NCBI GenBank assembly: GCA_963674865.2
Contig: CAXXYE010000011.1
Location: forward strand, 32,001-96,000
DNA length: 64,000 bases
Source of the DNA: Candidatus Hydrogenedentota bacterium
GTDB taxonomy: Bacteria > Hydrogenedentota > Hydrogenedentia > Hydrogenedentales > SLHB01
Reading direction: 5' to 3'
The notes beneath the pieces were generated by a model, which was not told the origin of the DNA, ran no database searches, and saw nothing but the letters and a program-made list of their open reading frames with translations. Both the position numbers and the translations under genes were made by a program. Positions 45,585 to 58,600 of the stretch are shown here, piece after piece (the stretch's first letter is position 1; every line of letters starts with the position of its first letter).

Positions 45585-46394
45585 TTAGTCTTTCTTGGGC
45601 GTCCCGTAGAACTCCGAGATGTCGATCCCGCCTCGGAGTTCTTCCTCCAGCAGCTTGATTCGCATTTCCATGCGGTCCACGCGGCCCCGCAAGAGCGGCA
45701 ATAGACTCGCCTCGTCGTCGGGCGGTTTGGGCCTGGGCACGGACGGATATCCAAGGTGCCGGGCCAGCGCCGCGAAGAGAAACGCGGGGTTCTTGCGCCG
45801 ATTGGCCAGGGCGATTCTGCCTTCTCTCTCGCCGAACAAGACCGCTGCGTCGGGGTCGTCCGCTTTCCGTTTGTAGTAGTGGCTGCGGACGTAGATCATG
45901 TCGGCGAAGTCGATGATGCCGATCTGACGCCGCACGGTATCGAGCCATTCTCGCCAATCTTCGTTGTAGAGGGAGTCTCCGGCCATGGCGTCCAGCCCCG
46001 GATCGTAGCGAAGGCGGTTGCGGCAGAGAGTCTCGAACTGATAGAAGAAAAGCCCCTGTAAAGGCGCGCCCTCGGCCCGATACTCGGCCTCGTGCTCCAG
46101 GATCTCCAGGGCAATACGGAAATCGAAGCGGCCGGTCGATTCCTCGGCGGCTTGAATCACGTAAGTCTGAAAAGGCGAGAAGTAGTGGCTCAATCGGGCC
46201 ATCGCACTGGCAAACCCGCCGGTGGCCTTGAGTTCGGTGGCCATGAATTGCAGGGCCATCGGCAGTTTTGTCGTCGAAAGGACCTCGTGGCTGATACCGA
46301 TCAGCAGTTCCTGAGTCGACATGCCGTCCTGCATCCGCTCCCGCAGGGTGCGGTAGTAGTAGGCCTGTTCGACGTATTCCTCGGCATCCAGCAT
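45585..46394 (-). CDS. Hypothetical protein
   Basis: Globular helical ORF (MLDAEEYVEQAYY...) with typical codon usage; no motif recognised. Confidence 0.75.
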   Translation of the reverse strand: MLDAEEYVEQAYYYRTLRERMQDGMSTQELLIGISHEVLSTTKLPMALQFMATELKATGGFASAMARLSHYFSPFQTYVIQAAEESTGRFDFRIALEILEHEAEYRAEGAPLQGLFFYQFETLCRNRLRYDPGLDAMAGDSLYNEDWREWLDTVRRQIGIIDFADMIYVRSHYYKRKADDPDAAVLFGEREGRIALANRRKNPAFLFAALARHLGYPSVPRPKPPDDEASLLPLLRGRVDRMEMRIKLLEEELRGGIDISEFYGTPKKD

Positions 46395-46446
46395 CTTGTA
46401 AGTCCGCATTATCAAGAGTGTAGAATTTCAACTCAAAGGCGACACA

Positions 46447-46529
46447 ACACTAACCCGAAGCGCCAGCGAGGGAGAGCACGGAAGGAATCCAGTGATTTGT
46501 GTTCCTCGCTTGCGCTTCGGGTTGGTGTG
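46447..46529. repeat. REP-like inverted repeat, family A
   Basis: ACACTAACCCGAAGCGCCAGCGAGG ... CCTCGCTTGCGCTTCGGGTTGGTGT; matches 2183-2253. Confidence 0.8.
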
Positions 46530-46579
46530 CCGCGGGTCTCTTGGAACCGGCCATACGGGAGGTTTCCCTGTGAAGCCGT

Positions 46580-47974
46580 CTATTTGGGCATCTTCCGACC
46601 GGCTTTTTTGGCCATTTCGGCCACCTTGGCCACGGCGACTTTCTCCGCCTGGGGAGAAAAGAACCCGGCCTGGGGTATCAGGCCGCGGGTTTCGTAGCCG
46701 CCCTCTGAGATTATAGCGGCCGAGGGGAGATAGCCGAAGGTGTCGTTGGTGTAGGCGGCGATCCACAATTGTTGCGGTCCGACGGCCTGGCCGATCAGGG
46801 GAACGAAATCGGAGACCACTTCTCCGGACAATCCTACCAGTGTGAGGTCGTCGCCGAACTGCCAGAGCGCTATCGGGGCGAGATATTCTGTCAAGAGCGG
46901 CTTGCCTTCGTCCATGTCGGCCAGCATCCGTTGGGCGTTGTATTTCAGGTAGCCGGGGCCCTTGAGCATCACTTCAAGCTTCTCCCGGGGAACGGTTTCG
47001 AGGGGCAGCCTAACGCGATCCAGATCCACCCGTAGCGGCCCGCCGACCGGCTGCATTTTGCCGGTGGCCACGCGAACGACCTCGGCGGCCAACGATTGAC
47101 CGTTTTGCCGGGCGGCCTCAACCGTACCGCGGGGATAGGGGTTGGCCGCGCCGCCACAGCCGATAATGAACATCGCCCGGGCGCCGGGGAGTTGCTTCTC
47201 GATTTCCGCTTGGGCAAAGCCCGCATAGTCGCCGCAGAGCTGAAAACATTTGCCCGTCAGCGTGGTGTTGTGGCAGGCACAGCCGAAGATCAGGCCGCGG
47301 AGCTTGCCGTCGGGGGCATCGATTCGCAAGACCGGCACCACGTCGTCGATGTGTCCTTCGCGATTCACGCCCAGTTTGACGCCTCTGTCGGTGAATTCGC
47401 GGCGATTCATCACGATCTCGGTCTTGCCGCTCGCCCAGGAGAGCCTGGCCGGTTTCATGTCGGTGATCGCGGCGGCCGAGAGTTCGACCAGTTGCCCGAA
47501 GAGCCGCTCGGTGTAGTCGAGCGAGCGGCGCCGGTGAACGCCCTCCAGGCCATAATCGTTGAACTCGGGCAGAGCCAGCACCGGACCGGTATGCGTGTGT
47601 GAGGGGCAAAGCAGAATTTGCCGGCGAGCCAGGCCCGTCTTGGCGATGATTCTCTCGCAGAGGGCCTCGGCCACGGCACCTCGAAAACCGATCACGTCGG
47701 CGGTAATCAAGAGGGCGGGCCGGTCGCCACCGCTTGCGACTGCCATCGCCTTGGCGTGGAGATCGGCCAGCACACCCTCGGAGAGTTGTTTTCGCGAAGA
47801 GTAGCCGGCCATGCGGATTGGCTCGGTGGGCGTGATATTGGCGCTGGCCAGACCGATCCGCCAGTCCGATTCGGCCGCAATCGCGGGGGAGAGCGAGCTT
47901 GCGAGAAGCCCGACGGTCGCGGCTAGCATGGCAACTAGCCCAAGATGCGATCTACTTGCGGAGGTGCGGTGCAT
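46580..47974 (-). CDS. Neutral/alkaline ceramidase N-terminal-domain family hydrolase
   Basis: Signal peptide; ITP..MAGY, SHTHTGP, ACHNT, GDYAG, GCGG, GEVV, EGGYE. Confidence 0.82.
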   Translation of the reverse strand: MHRTSASRSHLGLVAMLAATVGLLASSLSPAIAAESDWRIGLASANITPTEPIRMAGYSSRKQLSEGVLADLHAKAMAVASGGDRPALLITADVIGFRGAVAEALCERIIAKTGLARRQILLCPSHTHTGPVLALPEFNDYGLEGVHRRRSLDYTERLFGQLVELSAAAITDMKPARLSWASGKTEIVMNRREFTDRGVKLGVNREGHIDDVVPVLRIDAPDGKLRGLIFGCACHNTTLTGKCFQLCGDYAGFAQAEIEKQLPGARAMFIIGCGGAANPYPRGTVEAARQNGQSLAAEVVRVATGKMQPVGGPLRVDLDRVRLPLETVPREKLEVMLKGPGYLKYNAQRMLADMDEGKPLLTEYLAPIALWQFGDDLTLVGLSGEVVSDFVPLIGQAVGPQQLWIAAYTNDTFGYLPSAAIISEGGYETRGLIPQAGFFSPQAEKVAVAKVAEMAKKAGRKMPK

Positions 47975-48071
47975 TTTTTAGGCTCCAGATGGAGGAGGGA
48001 CTCGTCACAGAAGGTTGACTGGGAGATTTGACGACGCCACGCGCGGGAACAAGGTTGAGCGAGATTTCTCG

Positions 48072-49503
48072 CTACGATTTCTTGCCGGTCTTTTTGGAAC
48101 GGTCGCCGGGCCATCGATAGCCCTTCTGCAATTTCGTCGTAGTCAGCGAATAGAAGGGGTCGTTGTTCTTGCGAATCCAGCGATCTAGTTCGGCGGCCAG
48201 TTCCTGCTTGATTTTGGCACGGCTCGGATCGCCGGCCAGGTTCACGATTTCCTCGGGATCGTCGACCAGATCGTATAGCTCTTCGCCGTGGTCGATGTAG
48301 CGGTTGTACTTGAACTGGGCGGTGCGGATCATACGGATGGGGTTTACCCACTGCTGTTTGCTGTAGTATTGGCCGATCACGTAGTCTCGCCGGGGAGGGT
48401 TCTTGTCTCCCGTCAGAAGCGGCTTGAGGGAGATTCCGTCGGTGGGAATGGGGGCCAGACCGGCAAAATCGCGGATGGTGGGCACCAGATCCACGTTGAC
48501 CGCGTCATAATCCGCGATCCGTCCCCGCAGGCTGCCGCCGAAGGCCTTGGGCACGCGGACCATCAGCGGCACCCTCACCATGTGTTCGTACATGAAGGGG
48601 CCTTTGAAGATCAGGCGGTGATTGGTGTCCATGTCGCCATGATCGGAGCCGAGGATCACGATCGTATTCTCCGCCTGGCCGCTCTTTTCGATCGCCGCCA
48701 GCACGCGGCCCACGTAATCGTCGTAGAGGCGGACCTTGCGGCGATAGAAGTCGTGGTAGGCCTCCCAGACCGCCTGGGGATGCTTCCAGATTTTGCTTCC
48801 CTGGTCCCGGGTCATGAACTCCTTTTGAACCGGCGGCTTGTTCTCGAACGTCTCGCGGTGCCACGATTGGGCCAGCACCACGTCGCCGGGTGCTTTGTCC
48901 TTTTCGGGGTTGAAGTGGTAGACGTCGTGAGGATCGAGGTAGGAGACGATCAGCCCGAAAGGCCCCGTCTTGACGCGCTCCGATTCAAGGAACTCGACGG
49001 CCTTGTCGGTAGTGGCCGGGTCGCGCTGTTTGCGGGCTTCTTCGTCCCAGCCGGCGTTACCAGCCGGCTCGTTGCCCAGATGCCACTTGCCGAAGTATCC
49101 GGTGTAATAGCCGGCCTCCTGCAACATCGAGCCGATCGTCTTCATGCCCAGGTTGTCACCGCCGGCGGCCCCAATATTTCCCATCACGCCGGTCTTGCTG
49201 GGATACAGACCGGTCAGCATCGACGACCGGCTGGGCGAACACTGCGGCGTCGTGCAGAAAGCCCCGTTCGAAGAGTGCGGCGTCAGTGGCGAATTGGTCT
49301 TGGCTCGGGGTATCGAAGAATGGATCCACGCAACCCAGCGCCTGGTAGTGCTGCTGGTCCGACATGATGTAGACAAAGTTGGGGCGATCCCGGTCCGCCC
49401 AGCCGAGGGCGTTTGGTGTCGATCCCACGCCGGTCGAGAGAGCCCCCGCGCCGATTGCCGACGACCGCAGAAAATCACGCCGAGAGATATTGTCGGGACG
49501 CAT
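48072..49503 (-). CDS. Tat-exported sulfatase (apparent frameshift at ~49263)
   Basis: SRRDFL leader, PNFVYIMSDQ, CSPSR (CxPxR), GKWHLG, SDHGD, ELYDL; frame switch in a G4 run. Confidence 0.85.
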
Positions 49504-49551
49504 GTCTATTCTCCACTCTCCACTCACCCCTCTCCACTCTCCACTCACCCC

Positions 49552-50832
49552 TCATACGGATGCTTCCAAGGGCTCCCGGTACTCTCGTTTAAGCAGTTTG
49601 GCGGCCTCCGGATTGTCGATGATCTGTTCGGACGATTCTTCCCAGCGGACCACGCTACCGGTTTCCTGGGCGATCATCGCAAGCTGGACGGTGGCGGTGT
49701 GCTGCGGTAGGCGTCGTCGATTTGGCAGACGGGCTTGCGTCGCGTGCGGACGCATTCCAGGAAATCGGCCATGTGCAGGGTGCCGGCGTCGGTCTTGACT
49801 TCGTGTACCTCACGCTTGGCCTCCCGACCCTTCGGTATCACGACCCAACTCGAATCGGCCGCAAAAAACGGTGGCTTCGTCGCCGTAGAAGAGGATGCCG
49901 TTGTTGAGTTCGGGCGTGTACTCGGTGGCGCCCCAGAGCCGATGCCGCCAGACGACCGGACAGCGGTCGAACTCGAAATGCACGGTAAGCGTGTCGGGCG
50001 TAGTGATCTTGCCGGCGTACTGGTAGAGGCCGCCGGCCGCGACGATCTCCTTGGGCATCGAGAGGCCGAGCATCATCCGCGTGGCGTCGATCAAGTGAAT
50101 CCCCCAGTCGACCAGATGGCCGTGCCCGGAGGTCTTTTCGAGCCGCCAGCTCTTGTGTGAAACCTGTGGACTGTAGAGGATTTTGGGGCCCGGTCCGCAC
50201 CAGAGGTCCCAGTCGAGTTCCGGGGGCGGGTCTTGCGGGGTGTTGTCCTTGGTACCGGCGCGGTAGTGGATCTGGGCGTCGACCTGCACGATCTTGCCGG
50301 CCCCGCCCTCGGCGATGAATTTCTTGGCCTCGTTGAGAGCCTGATTCTGACGGCGTTGGAAACCGATCTGCACGACCGAGTCACTGGCGGCTGCGGCCTT
50401 GACCATCGCCCGGCCCTCGCGGATGTCGTAGGCCAGCGGTTTTTCGCAGTATACATCGAGGCCCTTTTTCAAGGCGGCGATGAAGATCAAGGCGTGCCAC
50501 TGGGGCGGTGTGCCGATGAATCACCGCGTCGAGTCCTTCGCTATCGATCAGTTCCTGGTAGAGCTTGAAGGTCTTGGGCCGAAGGTGCCTTGAAGTCTTT
50601 CGAGTTCGTCGGCCGCGTCGCTCAAATGCTTGCTATCGACGTCGCAGACGGCCGTGATCTTCGCGCCGCCGGCCGCTCAGGGCTGCCTTGGCGTCGACCA
50701 TGCCGTACCAGCCGACGCCGATGACTCCGATCTTGAGCAGTGCGGTTTTCGTCAGCCCCGCGGGCAGCCCGGCCCAGGGCCAGGGAACCGGCCGCGGCGG
50801 GTACCGATAAAAGTGCGTCGGTCGGTCTTCAT
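49552..50832 (-). CDS. Gfo/Idh/MocA oxidoreductase, several apparent frameshifts
   Basis: MKTDRRTFIG leader, KIGVIGVGWYG, VYCEKP, QIGFQRR, DWGIHLID, LLKREYR in different frames. Confidence 0.78.
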
Positions 50833-51055
50833 GGGACTCCTCCGAATGGGTCGTATTCTGTATGGGTGGTATTTGCGGAATCGAGCTGCGAGTGGGCGAA
50901 CTCATCTGAGACTACCCGGCGAGGGTGTTGACGTCAAGAAACCCAGAAGACTGGCCTTTGCCCTCGGTCTGCCTACAATATGGCCGGGCACCAGAAAGAG
51001 GCTCTTGGACCGTCCAGAAGCCGATCGCAGATCAAGATATAGGGAGGATACCGCC

Positions 51056-51948
51056 GTGAAGATCGCGTGCGCACTTACTGCTATGATGCTTGGGCTGTCG
51101 GGGGCGGGCGAGGCCGCGGGAGAGACGCGGTACGCGCGTCCGGAGCTTCTCTTGGAGCCGTCCGTGTTGGCCAAGCCTGAGGCGTCAAGGAAATTCGTGA
51201 TTCTGGATGTCCGTCCCCAGGACGAATACGTCCGAGGGCACGTGCCTAAGGCACACCGAGTGGATCACGACGCCTGGAAGAAGGCTTACGCCGAGGACAA
51301 GAGCTGCCAAGGGCTGGGGCAAGCGGATCGGCGAACTGGGCATCGGCCGCGACTCCGCAGTCGTGATCTACGACGACGAGGGAATGAAGGACGCCGCGCG
51401 GATCTGGTGGATTCTCAGAGTACTGGGGCGTGGAGGACGTGCGCTTGCTCAACGGCGGTTGGAAGGGCTGGAACGCTTCTGGACTGCGCACGAGCGGGTG
51501 GCCCTCGCCGCCTCCGGCTCGGGTCGAATTCGAGGCCGCGCCTCGATCCAAACGTCTGGCAACGATGGAGCTAAATCCTGGCTCGCCTGCAGGGCGACAA
51601 GCTTGCAAATCGTGGATGCCCGGTCCGACGACGAGTTTTTGCGGGATCGACAAGGAAGACAATAAGAAAGGGGGAGCCATCCCCGGGGCAAAGCACCTCG
51701 AATGGAGCGACCTGATCGATCAAGATACGCAGAGATTCAAGGGCGCCGATCAACTGCGCCAGCTGTTTGATGAAGCGGGTATCGATCTGAATCGGCCGAC
51801 CGCCAGTCACTGCAACGGCGGAGGTCGAGCCGCCGTGATGGCCTTCGGGCTGGAACTGATGGGGGCCAAGGAAGTCCGCAACTACTATCGCGGCTGGGGC
51901 GAATGGGGCAATTCGGACGATGCCCCGGTGATGGTGCCAAAAAAGTAG
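51056..51948 (+). CDS. Tandem-domain rhodanese/sulfurtransferase, apparent frameshifts
   Basis: GGAGG RBS + GTG; ILDVRP..Y..GHVP, VVIYD, AARIWWIL, LNGGW, IVDARS, HCNGGGRA, YRGWGEW. Confidence 0.8.
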
Positions 51949-52030
51949 TGATAGGCTATAATCCGGTCGACGGAACAGTCTCGCGTTGCTAGCTTGCGCC
52001 ATTCTCGGACCCTCGCTCTGCGATGAGGGT

Positions 52031-53871
52031 GTGGATACTGCGGTCGACAAATCGGCGACCACGCGATTGAAGACGCGTTTCCCGCGACCGGAGGCTCCCG
52101 CCTCCGCAAGCTGGAGCATCGCTTTCTGCCGATTTTTGCGGCCCTGCTCGCGATGGCGCTGGCTTCATCGTCCCTGCAGAATGGGTTTATTCCGACTACT
52201 TCCACCGGGCAATCATGCTCGGCGGACCGTCGATTTTCTCGGCGGGCCGCAAGATGTTCCGCTTTCTGCGAGGCGACCCTGAACAGAATCACGCGGCGAT
52301 GGAGACCGGTTTCTTGCCCTTGGACCTATCCCGGCATCAAGGCGGAGTTCCTGCAGTTCCTCACCGTTCAGACGCACGTGCTGGACTATGCCCTCTGGCC
52401 GAACAGCCCCTCGCTTGATGCACTTCACAATCTCGTCTGGCTGGCCGTCTTGACGTTCATGGTCGGTCTATTCTACCGCCGCATCCTGGGCCCAACCTGG
52501 GTAGCCGGCCTGGCGACACTCCTCTTTGCGGTTGAAGACGCTCACGCCTTGCCGGCCGGATGGATCTGCAATCGCAACGTCCTCCTGGCAGCTACCTTTG
52601 GCATGGCTTGCGTTCTGGCGCACGACAGTTGGGCCCGGCGACGAAAGTTGCCGTGGTACCTGCTGGCGCTGGTTCTTTGGACGGCCAGTCTTTGCAGCAA
52701 GGAGGCGGGCATCGCCACCAGCGCGTTCGTGTTTGCCTACGTCGTCTGGTTGCAGGAAGATTCCTGGGGACGCAAATTCCTTACGCTCGTGCCCTACGGC
52801 GCGGTACTTGTTGTCTGGCGGATCATCCGCGACAGCCTCGGCTACGGCGTGCACGGCATCGGCCTCTACGTCGACCCTCTCGGCGACCCGTCGGGATTCG
52901 CGGCCTCGATGGTGAATTGGGCACCCGCGTTTCTGGCCGGACAATGGGCCCTGCCACCGGCGGACGTGTTCGCCTTCTTGCCTCCGCCGGTGGCCGTCCC
53001 GGTTTGGTGGTGGACCGTGATTCTACTGGCGCTCTTGGCCCTGTTGTTCTGGCCGCTTCTGCGAACCGATCGCGTGGCCCGGGCGTTCACCTGTGCGATG
53101 TTACTGGCCGTAATCCCGATTTGTGCCGGGTATCCCGACCAATCGCCTGCTGACGTTCACGGGCATTGCCGCCTTTGGATTGATGGCCCAGTTCGTCGAA
53201 TTCGCCTTCTCCGGAGAGAAATCCGGCCCACGCGGCACGATCTACAGCCGCGTGGCGAAGTTCGCGGCGGGCGTCTTGCTGGTTTTGCATCTCGGATTGG
53301 CACCGCTTGGCTTGTGGTATGCAGCGGGCAATACCGTTCGGGCCGCCGAAGGCAATGGGGGCGTTCTATCTGCCGACGGAACTGCCCGACGAAATCGTGA
53401 ACCAGGACCTGATCGTGGTCAATCCGCCCAGCCCTTTTCACGTCAGCTACTCCCTGATCATGGCCGAACTCGACGGTCGTCCAATACCCAGGCGGCTTCG
53501 TTGTCTGGCTACGGGCGTAACACCGATGACAATGCATCGCGAGGACGAACGAACGATCGTGATCCGGCCCCGGGCCGGTTTCATGGCCATGTTTTCTGTC
53601 ACGGCTAGTGCGAAGCGAGCGACACCCGATGCGCGTCGGCGAGAGAGTCGAATTGACCGGTCTCGGGATCGAGGTCCTGGAAGTACCCGCCAACGGAGAT
53701 CCCACCGCGGCCCGCTTCGAGTTCGACGTTCCGCTGGAAGATTCCTCGCTCCGCTGGCTTCGCTGGCGAGAAGGACGGTTCGAACCGTTCGCGCCCCCAC
53801 CTATCGGCGAGGAAACGACTCTTGTTCCGCCGCCGGGGAGGCGGATCTTGACCGGCGACTATCGGCCGTAG
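52031..53871 (+). CDS. Multi-pass membrane protein (GT-C/PMT-like), apparent frameshifts
   Basis: Many hydrophobic segments; H-x5-WI-x2-R and SKE motifs; pieces in several frames; start uncertain. Confidence 0.55.
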
Positions 53872-54040
53872 AATCCCGTTAACAAATGCGGAGGCATGAA
53901 GGCATCCAGAAGGGTGATTACACGGTCTACATTCGCAAAGTCATCCTCTCCGACGGATCCGACAGAAGCTACGGTTCCAACGTTGCTCCCGCGGAAGAAA
54001 GTCCGTAGGGAGACTGCGGAGGCTATCTGCGATCGACTCT

Positions 54041-55361
54041 TTAATAGTAGTGGTTCAACTGGAGGGAGAACTCACCGTCGAAGTCACGATCCGTACCGCG
54101 TCTCAGCGGAGCCACGCCGGACACCGTCAAGATGGTGGACCGCAGCAATTGGAAGTGCAGACCACCGGTGATGTTCAACACGTCCTGCCTGCCTGACGGG
54201 TTGGTGATCTCCTCGATCTCATACCCGAGGGGAGTACTGCCCGTCGACGCGAAAGGCGTCGAGTCCGAAGACTGCATCGTAGTCGAATAGTGGAGTTTCG
54301 ACCACCGGAGCCACGCCTTTGAGGAATCGGGCACAGCGATTCTTGTAGACCCAATAGCCGGCGCTGACGTCCATGAACAGCAAGGCCTGATCCTGGAGCC
54401 TGCCCGAAACGCCGCGTATCAACGTCGGGTTTCCGTTGGCGTCGAAGTCGCACTGGGCAAAGGACTGGACGAAGAGGCGATCGTTGGGCGTCCACAAATA
54501 CCCCAGGAACGGTTGCAGATGGACCGCTTCATTTTCGATCGCGGCAAGCGAAGAAACACCGACGCCGCTGTCATAGAGCACCTCGGAATCGGAGCCTGTG
54601 GGGAAGACGACTCCCAAGCCGGCCGAAAACGTGCTGCACTGGCGTTGGAGCAAGACGGCTTTTACGGCCATGGCCAGGTTTCCAAATTCGGTGCCGGTGA
54701 CACTTGCCCCCTGTCCGACAACTTCGCTGGAGCGGAATCCTCCCGCGAACGGGACGCGAAGTTCCAGCGAAAACATGTCATCCCAAAAGGTCTTCTCAAT
54801 GCCGAAGTTGTAGCGATCCAGCGGCAACGACGAGCCGTCAAAGGCATCCAGTGCGTTGGCGAAATGGTGGTGATTGAAGAAGACTCGGTCGGCGGGAATC
54901 GGGCTGTTACTCTCGACGATCTTGTAGTTGCGGTCCCCCCCGGCGATGGAAACGTTGGACGCAGCGCCCCCGAACGTCATGTAGCTGTAACCGCCCCCGA
55001 AGAAGTCGCCGATCATGTTGGGGGCCGCACTGGCCGGGCCTGCAGCGGCCCCGAAGGAACCGGCTAAGTCACCCAGCGAAGCCAGGGATTCGTCCGGGCC
55101 GCCCTCTGTCTCCGGAAGCGGGACACCCTGCTCGTCGACCAGCGGTTGCGTCGCGCTCGATGAACCGGGGCAAGTCGTCGCTTGCCGGCCACAGCCGGGA
55201 CAACGCCCGAAGAAACCTCTGCACGCCGCGCCGCACGAGCCACACGCCGGACTGCGGTAGGTGGCGCCGTAGGTTAGAGCCGTTTGGTTAGTCGCCGGCA
55301 CCGTTAGCCAAGAGGCCAACACGGCCAGAGAAAACATCGTACGGAGGAAATTCCGTTTCAT
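54041..55361 (-). CDS. Secreted hypothetical protein, probable outer-membrane beta-barrel (frameshift at ~54295)
   Basis: Signal peptide, APNMIGDFFG, alternating beta strands, aromatic C-terminus (LQLNHYY). Confidence 0.6.
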
Positions 55362-55637
55362 GGTACGACCTTTTGAAGGTTCTGCAAATCCAGGCGTCCT
55401 AGCCATGCAGCGGCAGGGATGCAAATGGCCGGAAGAGCGCCCCGCGGATCTGCCGGAAAGCGAAGCCGCGTGGCAGAACGATAACCTCCGACATCAATTT
55501 TCATCGGTGCTATCAGCGAGGCCCCTTGACAATGATTGCGCGAAATTCCCCTAAGACTGTTAGGCGCCGCCCCCGAGATAAGGGGGGCGTCGGCAGATCG
55601 CGGGAGTTTTGGGCGATCTGTGCTGGGGAGACCAGGC

Positions 55638-58600
55638 TCACGGGTCCTTGCGGTCCGCGTCAGCCACTCGGGTCAGGGGAACACGCGTATACGAAAGCAC
55701 GTGGTCCGGAGCAACGGTCGGGTTCTGCGGGGCCCCGGCTACCTCCTGGGCCCGCTCGGGAACCACCTTCTGAACGTAGGCGACCACCTCGTTGAGCGTC
55801 ACCACTCCGTCGCCGTCTCCCATCTTGTCCGCCTCGCCCGTCAGACCGTCCAGCAGCGTCCTGGTGAAGACCCCGTGTTGCCACTCTCCACTTTCGGCGG
55901 CCAGTTGCTCCCGGGTGGTGGCTGCCATGGTGAAGATGGCGCTTTCCTGACAGGAGCGAACGGCCGCCTTGGGATCTCGTGAGCGGGAGAGTCTAATGGC
56001 GCCGCTGTGGCAGGTGTCGAGGATCACCAATTTGCGGCAAGCAACGTCATCCAGGATCCGCAGATTCCTCCTCGAAATGCAGTCTGAGTAGTCCGGCGGC
56101 TTATCGGCCAGACTTTCGACGCGGAACTCGTGGCCCAAGAAGTAATACTCTTTCGATCGTGCGTCGGTAATCCCGTGACCGGCAAGGAAGATCACCAAGA
56201 GGTCGTCGGCAACCGCCCGGTCTTTGAGCCTAGACTTTATTTTCTCCAACCCTTTGCCCCAATCTGCCGGAGTAACCTCTTGCTCGGTCAAGAGGGTGGC
56301 GGTGTCGAGGCCGTACAAGCCGGCCGATCCCGCGCGAAGCGACTGGAGCGTCGATTCCGCGTCGGCTACCGAGAACCGCAACGAGGGAACGTTCGGGTCG
56401 CCATATTGGTTGACACCCAACGAGAGAAGATAGATCTTGGGCCGTTTCGGTTCGCCCTGGGCGATTCGTCGCACGACCACGTTGCTGGTGGCTATGATGT
56501 CTCCGTCGGTTTTGACGATCAGTTCGATCAGGCTCCGCCGGTCGCTGGTCAGGGGCACTTCCCATTCGTAGGTCAGTTCCTTTCCGCCTTCGGTCTCCTT
56601 CTCGGTAACCAGGGCTCGCCGAGTGGCCACGACGCCGTTGGCGTACACGTTGGTGTCGGTCAGGGTGTGGCCGGCCGGGACGTCGATCGTCGCAATCACC
56701 TTGGTCGCATCACCGCGAACCTCCACGTCGTTTGCCGGTTGGATGATATTCACGGTTGGCGTGGATACAATCAACGTGGACAAAGCCTCTTGCGGTTCCA
56801 CCTCCGTCTGCACGTTCGCTTGCCGCAAGGCCTCTTGCAGACTGCCGGCCTCAAGCAGCCTCTCCATCACGGTCGGTTGCTCCAACTCCACGTAGAACTG
56901 ATCGGCCCGGTAGTAGTCGGGCAGTCTATTCATGCCCCGGTTTACCTGCCAGCCAAATAGCCTGTAGCCGTTGATCGAGGCGTCGTAGTATCCCTCGGGC
57001 GTCCAGAAAGCCCACTCCCGATCCGCGGCGACAAACAGCGTGGCCAAAGGCCGCCAAGCAGGCAGAATTTGGAAAGCGGGGCGGGCGGTGCCGTTCCTGG
57101 TGGTGCGAAATGCGACTTGCGTGCCCCAGGGCATTTCACGAAGGCTGCGGAGAATCGCCTCGGGTTTGGTGTCCGTCCGTATCGCGTTGCTGGAGGAATC
57201 GGGGATCCAGTCGATCTGCGTGATCACGTCGCCCCACACGCACGCCTCGCGAATAGAGCGGGCCGCCCGCTTCTATGGAACGCACGGCCAGTTGCCCGGC
57301 GGTGAAACGGCGCCGGACAAGATCTCGCGTGGACATCGCCTGAAGTTCTTCTTCGGTCACAACGGACAGTCGGGCCCCGAAGCGACCTTCGGCCTGCTGG
57401 TCCTGCTCGAACCCCAAAAGCCCCCAGACCTTGATCGTACCGTCGGCAGACCCGGAGACGAGATACCGCGCGTCGTGTGAGATACCGACCGAGGTTACGA
57501 AGTCGTTGTGACCGCGGAAATGCCGCAGCAACGGGCAGGTTCCCTCCTCGACCAGCCGGAAAACGTAAAGGCTGTTCTGCCGATCCGTCCCCACAACGAT
57601 TGCCCGCGGTTTCCCGTCGTCAGCGGGGATCCAAGCGTAGCAGCGAATACGGCCTTCCAACAGGGCCGCGTCTAGCACCACACTCCCCTTTGGTTCACCA
57701 CTCCGGAAGAGCTGGAGCGAGCCGTCGGGCTGGGGCGTGGCGGTCCACTCGCCGTGCGACCGGTCGGCAGTCAGCCACTCGTCTGAATCGGGCGTCGCGA
57801 CGTCGCCGAGGACCAAGCTGCTCGGTATCGAACCATTGCTCCAGGCCGGCCTTGTCGTTGAATTCGCCGTCGCGGTCCCGGGTCCCAAAAGCGATCCGAT
57901 ACGGCGCATCCTTGGCGAATGCGACCTTGATGACTTTGCGGCCCTTGCCCTCAAGTGTGATGCGTTGGCCGCTGCCGTCCAACGCTTCCACCACGGCCGC
58001 ATTCACGCTGCTGTCGTCGTAGGCCAAACGCCGCCCGTCGGGGCTGATCGAGCAGGCGTTGACGTGATCGGACAGTTCGCGCCGCCGGGTGACGACCTGC
58101 CGGTCGACGTCCCAAACCTGAAGCTGGCTCTTGGCCGTCCCACGGTCCACAGCCGTTCCGACGACCAGCGTCTTGCCGTCCGGGCTGAATGCCAGGCTGA
58201 GCACCACGGCCCCCGGCTGCAACCGCCGCACGCCACTCGCGCCAGCCGTGTCCCAGACAAACAGGTTTCCCCGCAAATCGGCCGAGGCAATCCGCGAGCC
58301 GTCGCGACTCGTGGCCAGGGCGGTCACCAGGCCTTCGTGGACGACATCATAGGTGTCGGCCACTTCAAGATTCGAGAGACCGATTCGCTGAAGCTTCCAG
58401 GCTAGCGAACCTCGGTCGTTGGAGCCGGTGCAAACGGGCATGACCGCGTCGCTCGTGCCCAGGATCGCGGCCGGCCGGATCTTGGGTAACGCCTGGATCC
58501 GCTCGGTAGTCGCCGCTCCATACGTTTCGCTGTCCCGTTCACAAAGAGAAGTCGGCGTCCACTGCGTTCGGCCGTCCCAGAGAACGGCCGCGCCCTCCAC

